Assembly: GCA_031268215.1 (NCBI GenBank)
Contig: JAIRXP010000051.1
Coordinates: forward strand, 43,992-107,991
Source of the DNA: Bifidobacteriaceae bacterium
GTDB taxonomy: Bacteria; Actinomycetota; Actinomycetes; Actinomycetales; WQXJ01
Direction: 5' to 3'
DNA length: 64,000 nt
The notes beneath the pieces were generated by a model that saw nothing but the letters and a program-made list of their open reading frames with translations, searched no databases and was not told the origin of the DNA. This document shows, piece by piece, positions 28,279 through 39,764 of this stretch (position 1 is its first letter; each line of letters opens with the position of its first letter). Position numbers and translations under genes: made by a program.

Positions 28279-29496
28279 GTGTCCAGTCAGCTAGGAGATC
28301 CCCCAGCTCTGGCCCCAACGACCCGCGATGCCATTGCCCAGGCGACCGCTGGTCTGGCCGCCGAACTCATCGAATTCCGCCGTGACCTGCACCGTCACCC
28401 TGAGACGGCGCGCCAGGAGGTGCGCACTACGGCGGTGGTCGCGGAACGTTTGGCGCGAGCCGGCCTGGCGCCGGTGTTGTTTGAGGGTACCGGCCTGATG
28501 TGTGATCTAGGGCCGTCGATTGATGAGGCGGGCTGGCCCCGGCTGGCATTGCGGGCGGATTTGGACGCGCTGCCAATCCAGGATGGCACCGCTACGCCCT
28601 GGCGTTCGGTCAAAGAGGGCACGGCTCACGCTTGCGGCCATGACGTTCACACCACGTCCGTGATGGGAGCCGGATTGGTCCTACACCTTTTGCACCAGCG
28701 GGGTCTGTTGCGTTCGCCGGTGCGGCTGATCTTCCAGCCGGCTGAGGAAGTTCAGCCTTCGGGGGCGCAAGAAATGATCGCCCAAGGCGCCCTTGATTCG
28801 GTCAACCGGATCGTGGCTCTGCATTGTGATCCTCGTTATCAGGTCGGTTCGGTGGCGATCAAGACCGGTTCGATCACCTCGGCGGCGGATTTGGTGACGA
28901 TCTACGCTTACGGTGAGGGCGGCCACACTTCGCGGCCTCAGCTGACTCAGGATCTGGTCTTCGCGGTGGGGCAGTTACTGACCGGTTTGCCTGCGATCCT
29001 GGACCGGCGGCTCGATCCGCGGGCCGTCGTGTCCTTGACTTGGGGGGCGGTTCACGCTGGGGAAGTCCATAACGCGATTCCTTCTTCGGCGGTGATTAAG
29101 GGTACGTTGCGGGCCGGTGACATGCGCACCTGGCATCAAGCGGCGGAAATTGTCAAACAAGCCGTGCCGTTAGTGGCCCAGCAGTACGGCATTCGGGTGG
29201 AACTGGAGTATCAGCGTGGCGTGCCGCCAGTGGTCAATGACCCGGCCGTCAGCGGGCTGGTGGCGGCGGCCGCCAGGTCCGTGTTAGGGAGCAACAATGT
29301 GCTGGTCGCGGAACAGTCGATGGGCGGTGAAGATTTCGCCTGGTACCTGCGTGAGGTGCCGGGCGCGTTGATGCGTCTGGGGGTCCGAATACCCGGAGCC
29401 CAGCCCGCTGACCTGCATCAATCCGATTTCGAGCCGGATGAGGACGCCATCCGGGTGGGCGTGTCGGTGCTTGCCGCGACGGCGGTGAGCGCATGA
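28279..29496 (+). CDS. M20 family amidohydrolase (N-acyl-amino-acid / hippurate hydrolase-like)
   Basis: 405 aa. HRHPE, ALRADLDALP, HACGHD, FQPAEE, GGEDFAWY. Confidence 0.82.
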   Translation: MSSQLGDPPALAPTTRDAIAQATAGLAAELIEFRRDLHRHPETARQEVRTTAVVAERLARAGLAPVLFEGTGLMCDLGPSIDEAGWPRLALRADLDALPIQDGTATPWRSVKEGTAHACGHDVHTTSVMGAGLVLHLLHQRGLLRSPVRLIFQPAEEVQPSGAQEMIAQGALDSVNRIVALHCDPRYQVGSVAIKTGSITSAADLVTIYAYGEGGHTSRPQLTQDLVFAVGQLLTGLPAILDRRLDPRAVVSLTWGAVHAGEVHNAIPSSAVIKGTLRAGDMRTWHQAAEIVKQAVPLVAQQYGIRVELEYQRGVPPVVNDPAVSGLVAAAARSVLGSNNVLVAEQSMGGEDFAWYLREVPGALMRLGVRIPGAQPADLHQSDFEPDEDAIRVGVSVLAATAVSA

Positions 29497-30761
29497 CCGT
29501 TTGCGATTCGGCCCAGGAGGTCCTGGCCCGGGCGGCTCCGTCGGCCGGGCTGCGGGTGGCGCTGATCTCGTTGCACACTTCGCCGCTGGCGCGGGCCGGG
29601 GTGGGGGATGCGGGCGGGATGAACGTCTACTTGCGGGCGGTCGCCGCCGCCATGGTCCGGGCCGGCCACCAGGTCGATATTTACACCCGGGCGACTTCCG
29701 CGCTTGAGCTGGCTTATGCCAGCCAGGTGGCGGATGGGGTGTCCGTCCACTTTCTGAAGGCCGGTCCGGCCGGTCCGGCTAGCAAGGCGAGTTTGCCCGC
29801 GCTGGCGCCTGAGTTCGCCGCGGCGCTGGCCCGCCGTCCCCGTCCGGATGTGGTTCATTCCCACTATTGGCTGTCCGGGCTGGCTGGCCGGGAGGCGGCG
29901 GCCGTTTGGGCCGTACCGCACGTCCAGTCGCTGCATACGGTCGCCACCATGAAGAACCGCACCCTGGCGGCAGGGGACGTTCCAGAAAGCGCTGAGCGGA
30001 TAAACGGCGAATACGACCTGGTCCGGGAAGCCGACCGGGTAGTGGCGGTCAGCGCCGCCGAGCGTGACGCCATTGTCCGCGACTACGACGCGGCCGTCGA
30101 GCGAGTGGAAATCGTCAATCCTGGGGTCGATATCCGGGTCTTCCGGCCGGGCCCGGGACCGGCCCCTGAGTCTCTGCCGCCGGCGTTGCACCGGCCGGCC
30201 GGTTACTTGATGATGGCTGGCCGGGTGCAGCCCATCAAAGGGCAGGATTTGGCGATCCGTGCCCTGGCCGCATTGCCGGCGGCGATCCGACCCGGCCTGG
30301 TGGTCACTGGTGCGCCTGGGTCGGGCCACCTTGAGTACGCAGCCCATCTAAAGACCATGGCCGCCGCCTTGGGCGTGGCCGGGGATGTGGTTTTCTTGGG
30401 GACTCAGAGCGCTGCCCGGCTGGCCGAGCTGATTCAGGGCGCGAGGGCGACTTTGATGCCTTCACGGTCGGAGACCTTTGGTCTGGTGGCGATCGAATCG
30501 GCGGCCTGCGGCACGCCTGTGATTGGGACGGATACCACTGGCCTGAGATCCTCGGTCGTTGAGTCGGTGACGGGGTTGCTGGTGCGTTCGCGGCGGGAAC
30601 AGGACTGGGCGGCGGCTATCCGCCGCCTGCTTGAGGAGCCAGGGTTGGCGGGCCGACTGAGCGCCGGCGGCATCAAACTGGGACGGGAACGGACCTGGGA
30701 TCACGCCGCCGCCGCGCTAGCGGACGTCTACACGGCGGTCGTGGCCGGCCGGGCCCGCTGA
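29493..30761 (+). CDS. mshA: D-inositol-3-phosphate glycosyltransferase (mycothiol biosynthesis)
   Basis: 422 aa GT4 enzyme. MshA-type N-terminus RVALISLHTSPLARAGVGDAGGMNVY. C-terminal PSRSETFGLVAIESAACGTPV. Confidence 0.85.
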   Translation: MTVCDSAQEVLARAAPSAGLRVALISLHTSPLARAGVGDAGGMNVYLRAVAAAMVRAGHQVDIYTRATSALELAYASQVADGVSVHFLKAGPAGPASKASLPALAPEFAAALARRPRPDVVHSHYWLSGLAGREAAAVWAVPHVQSLHTVATMKNRTLAAGDVPESAERINGEYDLVREADRVVAVSAAERDAIVRDYDAAVERVEIVNPGVDIRVFRPGPGPAPESLPPALHRPAGYLMMAGRVQPIKGQDLAIRALAALPAAIRPGLVVTGAPGSGHLEYAAHLKTMAAALGVAGDVVFLGTQSAARLAELIQGARATLMPSRSETFGLVAIESAACGTPVIGTDTTGLRSSVVESVTGLLVRSRREQDWAAAIRRLLEEPGLAGRLSAGGIKLGRERTWDHAAAALADVYTAVVAGRAR

Positions 30762-30772
30762 GGCGCTACCGC

Positions 30773-30844
30773 CCAACCACCCTGGGGACAGATCCTGCTT
30801 GGTCGAACCAGCCCGGCGGCATCGGCCAACCGCCTGGGGGACAG
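30773..30844. repeat. two copies of a roughly 19-nt direct repeat in a convergent intergenic region
   Basis: CCAACCACCCTGGGGACAG (30773-30791) and CCAACCGCCTGGGGGACAG (30826-30844). The second copy forms a small hairpin TGGGGG-acag-CCCCCA, 15 nt downstream of the VIT gene stop. Confidence 0.6.
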
Positions 30845-30864
30845 CCCCCAAATGGTTATGCACG

Positions 30865-31968
30865 TCAGGCGATGACCGTGCCGAAGGCCAGTCCAAGCAG
30901 ATAGGTGACGGCCGCCGCCCCCCAACCAATCGCGACCTGGCGCAGCCCCTTCCTCAGCGGCGAGGTGCCGGAGAGAACCCCGGCGCACATGCCGGTGATG
31001 GCGAGGCCAGCCCCAACCAGGGCCGCGGCCCAGATGATAGCTTCCAAGCCGGTCATACCGAAGAGGTACGGCAAGACCGGGAAGATGGCGCCGGAGGCGA
31101 AGAAGCAGAATGAAGCGGCAGCGGCCTTGATGCCGGATCCAACCACCACTGATTCGCTCCGCGCGCCCGGCAATGAGAACGCGGCCTCGCGGTGCAGCAC
31201 TTCGTCGGCCTGTGCCTTGGCGTCCTTAGGGTTCAGCCCGCGGGCCTGATAGACAAGGGCCAGTTCGTTGGCGTTGATGTCCAAGTGGTGCAATATCCCG
31301 GAAGTCTTAGGGTCGGGGTTGGAGGCGTCGAGGAGTGCCTTCTGCGAGTCGACCGAGACGTATTCACCGGCCGCCATTGACATGGCACCGGATAGGAGAC
31401 CCGCTACCCCGGTCAGCAGGACCACTTTGGGGCTAGCGCCGGCACCGCCAATTCCCATCACCAGCGACAGATTGGAAACCAGGCCGTCATTGGCTCCGAA
31501 CACGGCCGCCCGGAAGGTGCCAGATAGTTGCGCCCGGCCACGGGCGGCCAAGCCCCGGACAACTTCAGAATGGACTTGTTCATCCGCCGTCATTGATTCC
31601 GGTACGGACGGGTCGCGCCAGTAACGGGTGCGTGTTTCCGAACGCCCGGCTATCGCCAGGGCGAACACGAAGCCGAAGCGCTTGGCCATGAATGCCAAGA
31701 GGTCTGTCGAGAAGCGCCGGCCAATGGTCCGTTTCGCTTTGTCGCCCAGCAATCCGCGCCAGTGGTCGGCGTGGCGTTCTTCGGCCTTGGCTAGGCCGAG
31801 CAGGATAGAGCGCTCTTCTGGAGTCGAGCGTTCGGCCAGGTCCCGGTAGGTGGTAGCCTCTTGCAATTCGTCCGCCAGGTACCGGCGCCAGCGCCGGACT
31901 TGGCGGCGGGGTGGATCAGATGCGGGCCCCGGCGCGGGTGCCTCACCCGAGGAGGAATCGGTTGCCAT
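30865..31968 (-). CDS. VIT1/CCC1 family Fe/Mn transporter with an N-terminal ferritin/rubrerythrin-like domain
   Basis: 367 aa. N-terminal E..TYRDLA...EERHADHW, then the VIT signature FGANDGLVSN and 5 TM helices. Confidence 0.82.
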   Translation of the reverse strand: MATDSSSGEAPAPGPASDPPRRQVRRWRRYLADELQEATTYRDLAERSTPEERSILLGLAKAEERHADHWRGLLGDKAKRTIGRRFSTDLLAFMAKRFGFVFALAIAGRSETRTRYWRDPSVPESMTADEQVHSEVVRGLAARGRAQLSGTFRAAVFGANDGLVSNLSLVMGIGGAGASPKVVLLTGVAGLLSGAMSMAAGEYVSVDSQKALLDASNPDPKTSGILHHLDINANELALVYQARGLNPKDAKAQADEVLHREAAFSLPGARSESVVVGSGIKAAAASFCFFASGAIFPVLPYLFGMTGLEAIIWAAALVGAGLAITGMCAGVLSGTSPLRKGLRQVAIGWGAAAVTYLLGLAFGTVIA

Positions 31969-32053
31969 GGTGATTCGATACTAGGGCCCCACCGCGGCCG
32001 GTGGGGGCCGGGCGGCCGCCGTGTTCGCTGGGTGGTGGGTCGCTTGGGTGCGG

Positions 32054-32093
32054 GCCGTGTACAGCCGTGTATAGCCGCGTGAGGCCGCGCGGA
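32054..32093. repeat. four 10-bp phased units starting with GCCG (GCCGTGTACA GCCGTGTATA GCCGCGTGAG GCCGCGCGGA) upstream of the VIT gene
   Basis: Read directly from the sequence. The first two units are near-identical. The block lies 86-125 nt upstream of the VIT start codon, in the gdhA-VIT spacer. Confidence 0.7.
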
Positions 32094-32166
32094 GCGTCAA
32101 CTAGGCGCCAACCGGGCCGGCGATGGGGGCCCAGTACGCGCCTAGCTGACGTGCTCGCTGGTCGGT

Positions 32167-33726
<1,560 letters not shown>

Positions 33727-33751
33727 TTAGCGCTAGTGAGGAGGGCCGGCC

Positions 33752-34981
33752 ATGGCGCGATCCGCCACCGTGACGGCCAGGGACACCAAGAGTATCGCTA
33801 CCACCCGTGCCAGAACCAGGCCAGCGACGCGTCCCAGCCGAGCCGCCGCAAAGATAGGCCCAGGCGCTACGCCGGACGCGGCGGTGGACGCGGCGTCAGC
33901 CACCGCCAACAGCCAGCGGCTGATTGAGTTCTACCGCCTGATGCTTCTGATCCGCCGTTTCGAAGAACGCGCCGGCCGTTCTTACACCAGTGCGTTGATA
34001 GGCGGCTACCTGCACCTGAATCTGGGCGAGGAAGCCTTCATCGCCGGAACGGCCGGTGGCATGGAGCCGACTGACTACTTGTTCACCAACTACCGCGAGC
34101 ACGGTTTCGCGCTGGCTCGGGGCGCCAGCCCGGGCCGGGTGATGGCGGAGCTGTACGGCCGGACCGATGGACTGTCGAAGGGCTGGGGCGGATCGATGCA
34201 CATGTTTGATCTGAACCACCGATTGATGGGCGGATACGGGATAGTGGGCGGCCAGCTACCTCTCGCCACCGGCGCGGCACTGGCGATCGCCTACCGCGGC
34301 GGCCACGAAGCGGTGGTCGCCACTATGGGCGATGGCACCACCAACATTGGCGCCTTCCATGAGTCACTCAACCTGGCCGCGCTGTGGGACTTGCCGGTCG
34401 TCTTCGTGGTGGACAATAACGAACTCGGCATGGGCACGTCGGTCGAGCGTTCATCCGCTCAGCCTGACCTGCACAAACGGGCAGCCTCCTACAAGATGGA
34501 AAGCGCCCGGGTGGATGGGCTGGACCCACTCGCGGTGTTTGAGGCGACCCGACACGCACTTGGCCGCGCGCGGGCAGGCCATCCCTTCCTCTTGGAAGCC
34601 ATGACGGTCCGGCTCAAGGGCCATTCGGTGGTGGACCCGGCCAGTTACCGGTCCAAGGGCGAGTCAGCCAAAGCGCGGTCCCGTGACCCGCTGGCCCGCG
34701 TCTCCCGGCGGCTCTTGGAACTCGGTGCGGCCAATGAAGAGCAGCTCACAGCCTGGGAGTCCCAAGCGGACGATGCCGCCGCCGCAGCCGACAAATTTGC
34801 CCGGGCCAGTCCTCTGCCGCCAGTTGACAGTCTGTTCGATCACACCTACGCGACGCCGGTCGCGAACCAATCCCGGCGGTTGCCCGGCGATCCGTTGTTC
34901 CCGGTGCCGCCCAGACCGCTCCGTACGTTACCGGTCGGTTCTTTACCAACGGCGGGCACGGCATCGGCGGTGGTCCCGTGA
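33752..34981 (+). CDS. 2-oxoacid dehydrogenase E1 component alpha subunit (PDH/BCKDH type) with basic N- and Pro-rich C-terminal extensions
   Basis: 409 aa. TPP motif region GDGTTNIGAFHESLNLAALWDLPVVFVVDNN; YREHG. Confidence 0.88.
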   Translation: MARSATVTARDTKSIATTRARTRPATRPSRAAAKIGPGATPDAAVDAASATANSQRLIEFYRLMLLIRRFEERAGRSYTSALIGGYLHLNLGEEAFIAGTAGGMEPTDYLFTNYREHGFALARGASPGRVMAELYGRTDGLSKGWGGSMHMFDLNHRLMGGYGIVGGQLPLATGAALAIAYRGGHEAVVATMGDGTTNIGAFHESLNLAALWDLPVVFVVDNNELGMGTSVERSSAQPDLHKRAASYKMESARVDGLDPLAVFEATRHALGRARAGHPFLLEAMTVRLKGHSVVDPASYRSKGESAKARSRDPLARVSRRLLELGAANEEQLTAWESQADDAAAAADKFARASPLPPVDSLFDHTYATPVANQSRRLPGDPLFPVPPRPLRTLPVGSLPTAGTASAVVP

Positions 34982-36030
34982 CGGAACCCGCCGCTGTCCG
35001 GGACGCCGCCGGGCAAGTGACCATGACTTACCGTGAGGCGCTGCGGACCACTCTTGGTGAAGAGCTGCGGCGTGACCCCAACGTGTTCTTGATCGGTGAA
35101 GAGATTGGGCTATTCGAGGGCTCGTACAAGATCACTCAAGGATTGCTGAAGGAATTCGGGCCTCGGCGGGTCCGCGATACGCCCATCGCTGAAGAAGGTT
35201 TCACTGGCGCGGCGGTTGGCGCGGCGATGCTTGGGCTCAGGCCGGTGGTGGAATTGATGACAATCAATTTCTCGCTGCTGGCGCTCGATCAGATTGTTAA
35301 TCACGCCGCCAAAATCTACGGAATGTTCGGCGGCCAGGTGTCAGTCCCCATGGTCATCCGTACGCCTGGCGGCGGCGGGCAGCAGCTTGGAGCTACCCAT
35401 TCGCAGAACGTGGAACTGTATTACGCCTTCGTGCCGGGCCTGAAAGTGGTGGCGCCTGCCACGCCGGCTGCCGCTCGGGGCCTGCTATTAGCGGCCATCC
35501 GGGATGACGACCCGGTTCTGTTTCTGGAGAATCTGTCTCTTTACAATTCGAAAGGCGAGGTTGACCTGGCGGCGCTGCCAATGGAGATCGGCCGGGCGCA
35601 GGTGGTCCGGCCGGGCCGGCATCTGACCGTGATCGCCTATTCACGAATGGTGACGGTGGCGCTGGAAGCGGCGCGCCACCTGGCCGCCAGTGAGGGCGCT
35701 GACCTGGAGGTGGTTGATTTGCGCTCGCTCAGGCCACTGGACCGGGACACCTTCGTGGACTCGGTGCGGCGGACCCACGCCGCAGTAGTGCTGGAGGACG
35801 ATTGGCTGACCTACGGGGTCGGTGCTGAGATAGCGGCGACCATTGGCGAAGGGGCTTTCGATTATCTGGACGCGCCGGTCCGGCGAGTAGCCATGGCTGA
35901 GGTTCCCATGCCCTACTCGAAGCCACTTGAAACGGCCGCGTTGCCGCAGATGGCGGACGTTGTCCGGGCCATCAGGGAAACCCTTGATGCGACTGGCTTC
36001 AGCTATTCGAGGAGCGTGTCCCATGATTGA
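34978..36030 (+). CDS. 2-oxoacid dehydrogenase E1 component beta subunit
   Basis: 350 aa. GTGA overlap with E1 alpha. Transketolase-like motifs: VRDTPIAEEGFTG, RTPGGGG. Confidence 0.9.
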   Translation: MTEPAAVRDAAGQVTMTYREALRTTLGEELRRDPNVFLIGEEIGLFEGSYKITQGLLKEFGPRRVRDTPIAEEGFTGAAVGAAMLGLRPVVELMTINFSLLALDQIVNHAAKIYGMFGGQVSVPMVIRTPGGGGQQLGATHSQNVELYYAFVPGLKVVAPATPAAARGLLLAAIRDDDPVLFLENLSLYNSKGEVDLAALPMEIGRAQVVRPGRHLTVIAYSRMVTVALEAARHLAASEGADLEVVDLRSLRPLDRDTFVDSVRRTHAAVVLEDDWLTYGVGAEIAATIGEGAFDYLDAPVRRVAMAEVPMPYSKPLETAALPQMADVVRAIRETLDATGFSYSRSVSHD

Positions 36031-37246
36031 GATCACCATGCCCCGGCTCAGCGACACGATGCAAGAAGGGTCGATCACTTCCTGGCAGGTCGCGCCCGGC
36101 GATCAAGTATCTCCCGGTGACGTCCTGGCGGAGATCGAGACCGACAAGGCGGTCATGGATTTCGAGGCCTATGATTCGGGCCGGATCGCTGAACTCTTGG
36201 CCGAGCCGGGAACGGCCGTTGCGATTGGCCAGCCGATCGCCCTGCTGGATGATGGAACCGACCGACCAGTCGCCAAACGGGCCGAGGACCGGGACGACGG
36301 GCCGCATGACGGGCCGCGGCCGACCAAGGCGCTAGTTGAGGGGGCGGTGACGGACAGGTCAGCCGCCGTCCCTCAGCCCCAGATGGCGGCGTCGCCGCTG
36401 GTCAGACGCATGGCGCGGGATCACGGCCTGGACTTGGGACGGATTGTTGGCTCTGGTCCAGGCGGGCGGATCATCCGCGTGGACGTTGAGCGAGCCTTGG
36501 CGGAACGCGCCGGAGTGTCTGGCGGACCGGGCGGTGAAGGACCGGCGGACGCGCGCCAGTCCAGACGGGTGCCGGTCAGCCAACTGCGCCGGGTGCTGGC
36601 GCGGCGGTTGACTCAGGCGGCCCAGGAGATTCCGGTCTTTACCGTCACCATGGCGGTGCGCCTTGACGCCTTGACGAGCCTGAGGGCTCAAATGAACCAG
36701 CAACTGGCCGCCAGCGGCCAGGGCAAGGTTTCCCTGAACGACTTGATTGTCAAAGCGGCGGCCCTGGCCTCGCGGGAATACCCCGCCGTCAATGCCAGTT
36801 GGGCGGGGGACCACATTCTGCTGCATGAACGAGTCAATGTTGGGATCGCGGTCGCGACTGAGCGTGGTCTGGTGGTGCCGGTGATCAAGGATGCGAACTC
36901 CAAGACGCCGGCCCAGATTGGGGCCGAATCCAGATCCTTGGCTGGCCTAGCGGCCAGCGGCGAACTCGCGCTCGAACAAATGAGCGGCGGCACTTTCACG
37001 GTGTCGAACCTGGGAATGTACGGCGTTGAGGAATTCAGGGCCATCATCAATCCACCCGAAGCCTCAATCTTGGCGGTGGGTGCGGCCCGACCCGAACTGG
37101 CCATGGAGGGTGGCGAGGTTTCGGTCCGGGAGATGATGCGGTTGACTCTGTCCTGCGATCACCGGCTGATTGATGGTGCCCTGGGCGCTCAGTTTCTGAG
37201 CGCGGTGCGGCGTTCGTTGGAGAACCCGTGGTCATTGATTCTCTAG
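36023..37246 (+). CDS. dihydrolipoamide acyltransferase (E2)
   Basis: ATG 36023 (MIEITMPRLSDTMQEG) overlaps the E1 beta stop. Lipoyl-lysine motif EIETDKAVMDFEA. Catalytic DHRLIDGA. Confidence 0.9.
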   Translation: MIEITMPRLSDTMQEGSITSWQVAPGDQVSPGDVLAEIETDKAVMDFEAYDSGRIAELLAEPGTAVAIGQPIALLDDGTDRPVAKRAEDRDDGPHDGPRPTKALVEGAVTDRSAAVPQPQMAASPLVRRMARDHGLDLGRIVGSGPGGRIIRVDVERALAERAGVSGGPGGEGPADARQSRRVPVSQLRRVLARRLTQAAQEIPVFTVTMAVRLDALTSLRAQMNQQLAASGQGKVSLNDLIVKAAALASREYPAVNASWAGDHILLHERVNVGIAVATERGLVVPVIKDANSKTPAQIGAESRSLAGLAASGELALEQMSGGTFTVSNLGMYGVEEFRAIINPPEASILAVGAARPELAMEGGEVSVREMMRLTLSCDHRLIDGALGAQFLSAVRRSLENPWSLIL

Positions 37247-37326
37247 CGTCCGGGACTCCCGCTCCGAGCCGCCGGCGAGGTACACCGGCCGACCACTGTG
37301 GTGCGTTGAACTCCGGAACGTGTGAA

Positions 37327-37365
37327 GGGGGGCGGTTCTGGCCGCTTGAGCCAGAACCGCCCCCC
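37327..37365. terminator. 16-bp perfect GC-rich hairpin between convergent genes (bidirectional terminator candidate)
   Basis: GGGGGGCGGTTCTGGC-cgcttga-GCCAGAACCGCCCCCC. It lies 81 nt after the E2 stop and 26 nt after the LPXTG gene stop. Confidence 0.65.
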
Positions 37366-37390
37366 TTGTCCCGTCGAGGGCCCCAGCTAT

Positions 37391-39709
37391 TTAGGAGGGA
37401 CTGGCGGTCCGACGGCGGGAGACCCGGTGTAGCACCAGACCGGTGCCTATTGCGAGAATCCCGGTGCCTGCCAGGAGCGTCAGCTCGGGAGCACCCGTCA
37501 AGGGAAGGCCTGCACCTGACGGAGCAGCGCTACCCGATCCGGGCGCGGACGCTCCTTGGGCCGCTGGCGGATCCTGCGGTTCCGGGGGAGATATCCCGGC
37601 GGCGGGATCGGGATCCAGCGGATACCAGCCCAGAGGCGGGCAAACCCCGGGGGATCCCTCGTCACAAGACGGCTCGCCGGTGAAGTACTCGACGGTCACG
37701 TAGGTGTCCTGAGCGCCCGGAGTGGTCAGCGGCCACCACGAGATATCCTCCGGTCCTGGGCCACCGGCCGCCGGTACCACGGCTTCCCAAGTCCAGTAGG
37801 GATCGATTCGCGGTATGGCGACTTCCTCAAATCCGGCTTCCGATGTGCCCAGGGTCTTGCCCGTGGCCTCGTCATAGTCCAGTTGCCAAATCATCGACTG
37901 GGTGATTGGCGCTGGCGTCTGGTCACCGGCACCAATGAACTCAATGAAGCGCTCGGCCTGCACTGAGGCGTAAGTGTGGTGGTGAGTCAGGCGCACGGTA
38001 ATGACCGGTGTCTGATTCGTGTCCGCGGCGAAGGACTCAACATTCTGGATGGCGTCTATAACGTAGCCATCAGGCAGGCAAGCGAGGGCCTGTTGTTCGG
38101 TGAAGCCGACCAGTGCGGAAGGCTCACCCTTCAGCACGGAACAAGTGGCCGGATCAAGCGGCGTGACACTGAGTTCCGGCGCACCGCCGGTTTCGGTGTC
38201 AAGGTAAACCACTCGAACTTGGGCCACGCCGGGCTCAGGCGTGGGCTCTGGGCCGGATGCCGCCGTCACGGTAGTTGTGTCGGAGGCTTCGTTGTCCGCC
38301 GGTGACAGGTCGCGCTGGGCGCCATCGTCGTGGACGGAAGCGGTGGCCTGGATCACGGTTCCAACGGCGGCTTCCGGCTTAGGCGACCATTCAACCGTGT
38401 AGGTCAGGTCAGCGCCGGGGGCCAAAGAAGTGGTGGGCCAGGTGATGCGGGTGACATCCCCGGGCTGTGCTGTGGCGGTGCCGCCGCTTGAAATGGGCCC
38501 CAGGTCGACCGGGCCGGTCAGTTGCGCCTCGACTTCAACGCCGTTGGCCTGGGCTAAACCGTTGTTTGAAACCCGTATCTGAGTTGTCGCCGTCTGGCCG
38601 ACCGGAGCTTCGTCCTGGCCGTCGTCAATGGTGACGGCCAGATCCGGCCGTTGGACAACTACGCTTACGCAACCGTTCAACAGAGCGTCAAGCACCGGCT
38701 GCGGGTCTTTGGCGAAGTCCCCGATGTCGAACCAGGCGCCGTTGGAATCAAGCGCGAGCTGCTGGTAGTCCGCCACATCCACGGCGGGTTCAACAACGGA
38801 GAACAGTGTGGCGTCGTTGTCCTTCAGGGCCTTGGCCGCCTGTTCCACCGAGACGTTGTTGGTCTGGGTTTTCTCGTCGCCAATCAGGACCAAGCAGCGG
38901 CCCGCTTCAGGCCGTAACCCCATACTGGGCTGCAGGGCGTGAGCAATGGCGTCGGTACCCCATTCCAGGTAGCCATCGTCATGAAGGGTCGCGACTGCGG
39001 CGCTGAAATCGGCCAGGGAGGCAGTCGCCGGGGTCACCGTGTAGGGAGCCTGACTGGCCACCGAACTAGTTCCAAAGCCAACCAGGCCTAATCTGTGGTC
39101 AACGGACTTGGCCAGAGTATTGGCGATCGTATTGAGGTTGTCTTGAATCGCTGTGTGGTACTGCATGGTGGATCCAGATTCATCGACAACGAACACCACG
39201 TCTGCCTGGGGCTGGCCGAACTGACCGTATTCGGCGGTCGCTTCAATTGGGCCGGAGGGGCTGTTGTGTGATCCGTCTGGTGAGTCGGTCAGCCGGGCGG
39301 TCACCGACTTCGAGGGGGACCAGGGAACGCGCAATTCAGCCGTGCCATTGGCGTCAGTGACGACGGTCTGGGAGAACCCATCGGTAGTGACCAGAACCGT
39401 CGCGCCGGCCAGGTCGTTCCAGTTTGACGGGCCGAAGGCCTTGATCCTGAGTGTGACCTGGCCATTCGTCAGGGTACCCGCTACGGGATAGATCGACAGG
39501 TAGGCCTGGGCCTTCACGGTGACCTCCTGTTCTGCGGCGGCATTGGACGTGAGCGCGGAGGCGATGAATCCGGCGCCGGCCAGCGCCAGGGCGGCGCCGC
39601 CGGCCACGAAATGGGTCAATGGCCGTCTGATGGAATCGCGCAGGCGCCGGTGTCTGGGCCGCTTGGGGTCATTTCGGAGCGCATGGGCGGCGGGCGGGTG
39701 TAGTCGCAT
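37391..39709 (-). CDS. LPXTG-anchored surface protein: VWA (MIDAS) domain, DUF11-like repeat and MucBP-like repeats (paralog 1)
   Basis: Start at ATG 39709 (MRLHPPAAH..., AAGGCAG upstream). Signal/TM FVAGGAALALAGAGFIASAL. MIDAS motif VVFVVDESGST. DLAVTIDDG...VSNNG is DUF11-like. VRVVYLD...PDGYVI is MucBP-like. The C-terminus has LPLTG, a hydrophobic helix and an RRR tail. Confidence 0.8.
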   Translation of the reverse strand: MRLHPPAAHALRNDPKRPRHRRLRDSIRRPLTHFVAGGAALALAGAGFIASALTSNAAAEQEVTVKAQAYLSIYPVAGTLTNGQVTLRIKAFGPSNWNDLAGATVLVTTDGFSQTVVTDANGTAELRVPWSPSKSVTARLTDSPDGSHNSPSGPIEATAEYGQFGQPQADVVFVVDESGSTMQYHTAIQDNLNTIANTLAKSVDHRLGLVGFGTSSVASQAPYTVTPATASLADFSAAVATLHDDGYLEWGTDAIAHALQPSMGLRPEAGRCLVLIGDEKTQTNNVSVEQAAKALKDNDATLFSVVEPAVDVADYQQLALDSNGAWFDIGDFAKDPQPVLDALLNGCVSVVVQRPDLAVTIDDGQDEAPVGQTATTQIRVSNNGLAQANGVEVEAQLTGPVDLGPISSGGTATAQPGDVTRITWPTTSLAPGADLTYTVEWSPKPEAAVGTVIQATASVHDDGAQRDLSPADNEASDTTTVTAASGPEPTPEPGVAQVRVVYLDTETGGAPELSVTPLDPATCSVLKGEPSALVGFTEQQALACLPDGYVIDAIQNVESFAADTNQTPVITVRLTHHHTYASVQAERFIEFIGAGDQTPAPITQSMIWQLDYDEATGKTLGTSEAGFEEVAIPRIDPYWTWEAVVPAAGGPGPEDISWWPLTTPGAQDTYVTVEYFTGEPSCDEGSPGVCPPLGWYPLDPDPAAGISPPEPQDPPAAQGASAPGSGSAAPSGAGLPLTGAPELTLLAGTGILAIGTGLVLHRVSRRRTASPS

Positions 39710-39764
39710 AGTTTTCTGCCTTGTGGGTCGTGTCCCAGGACGCCTAAGCGGGCGGGCCCTGAAA

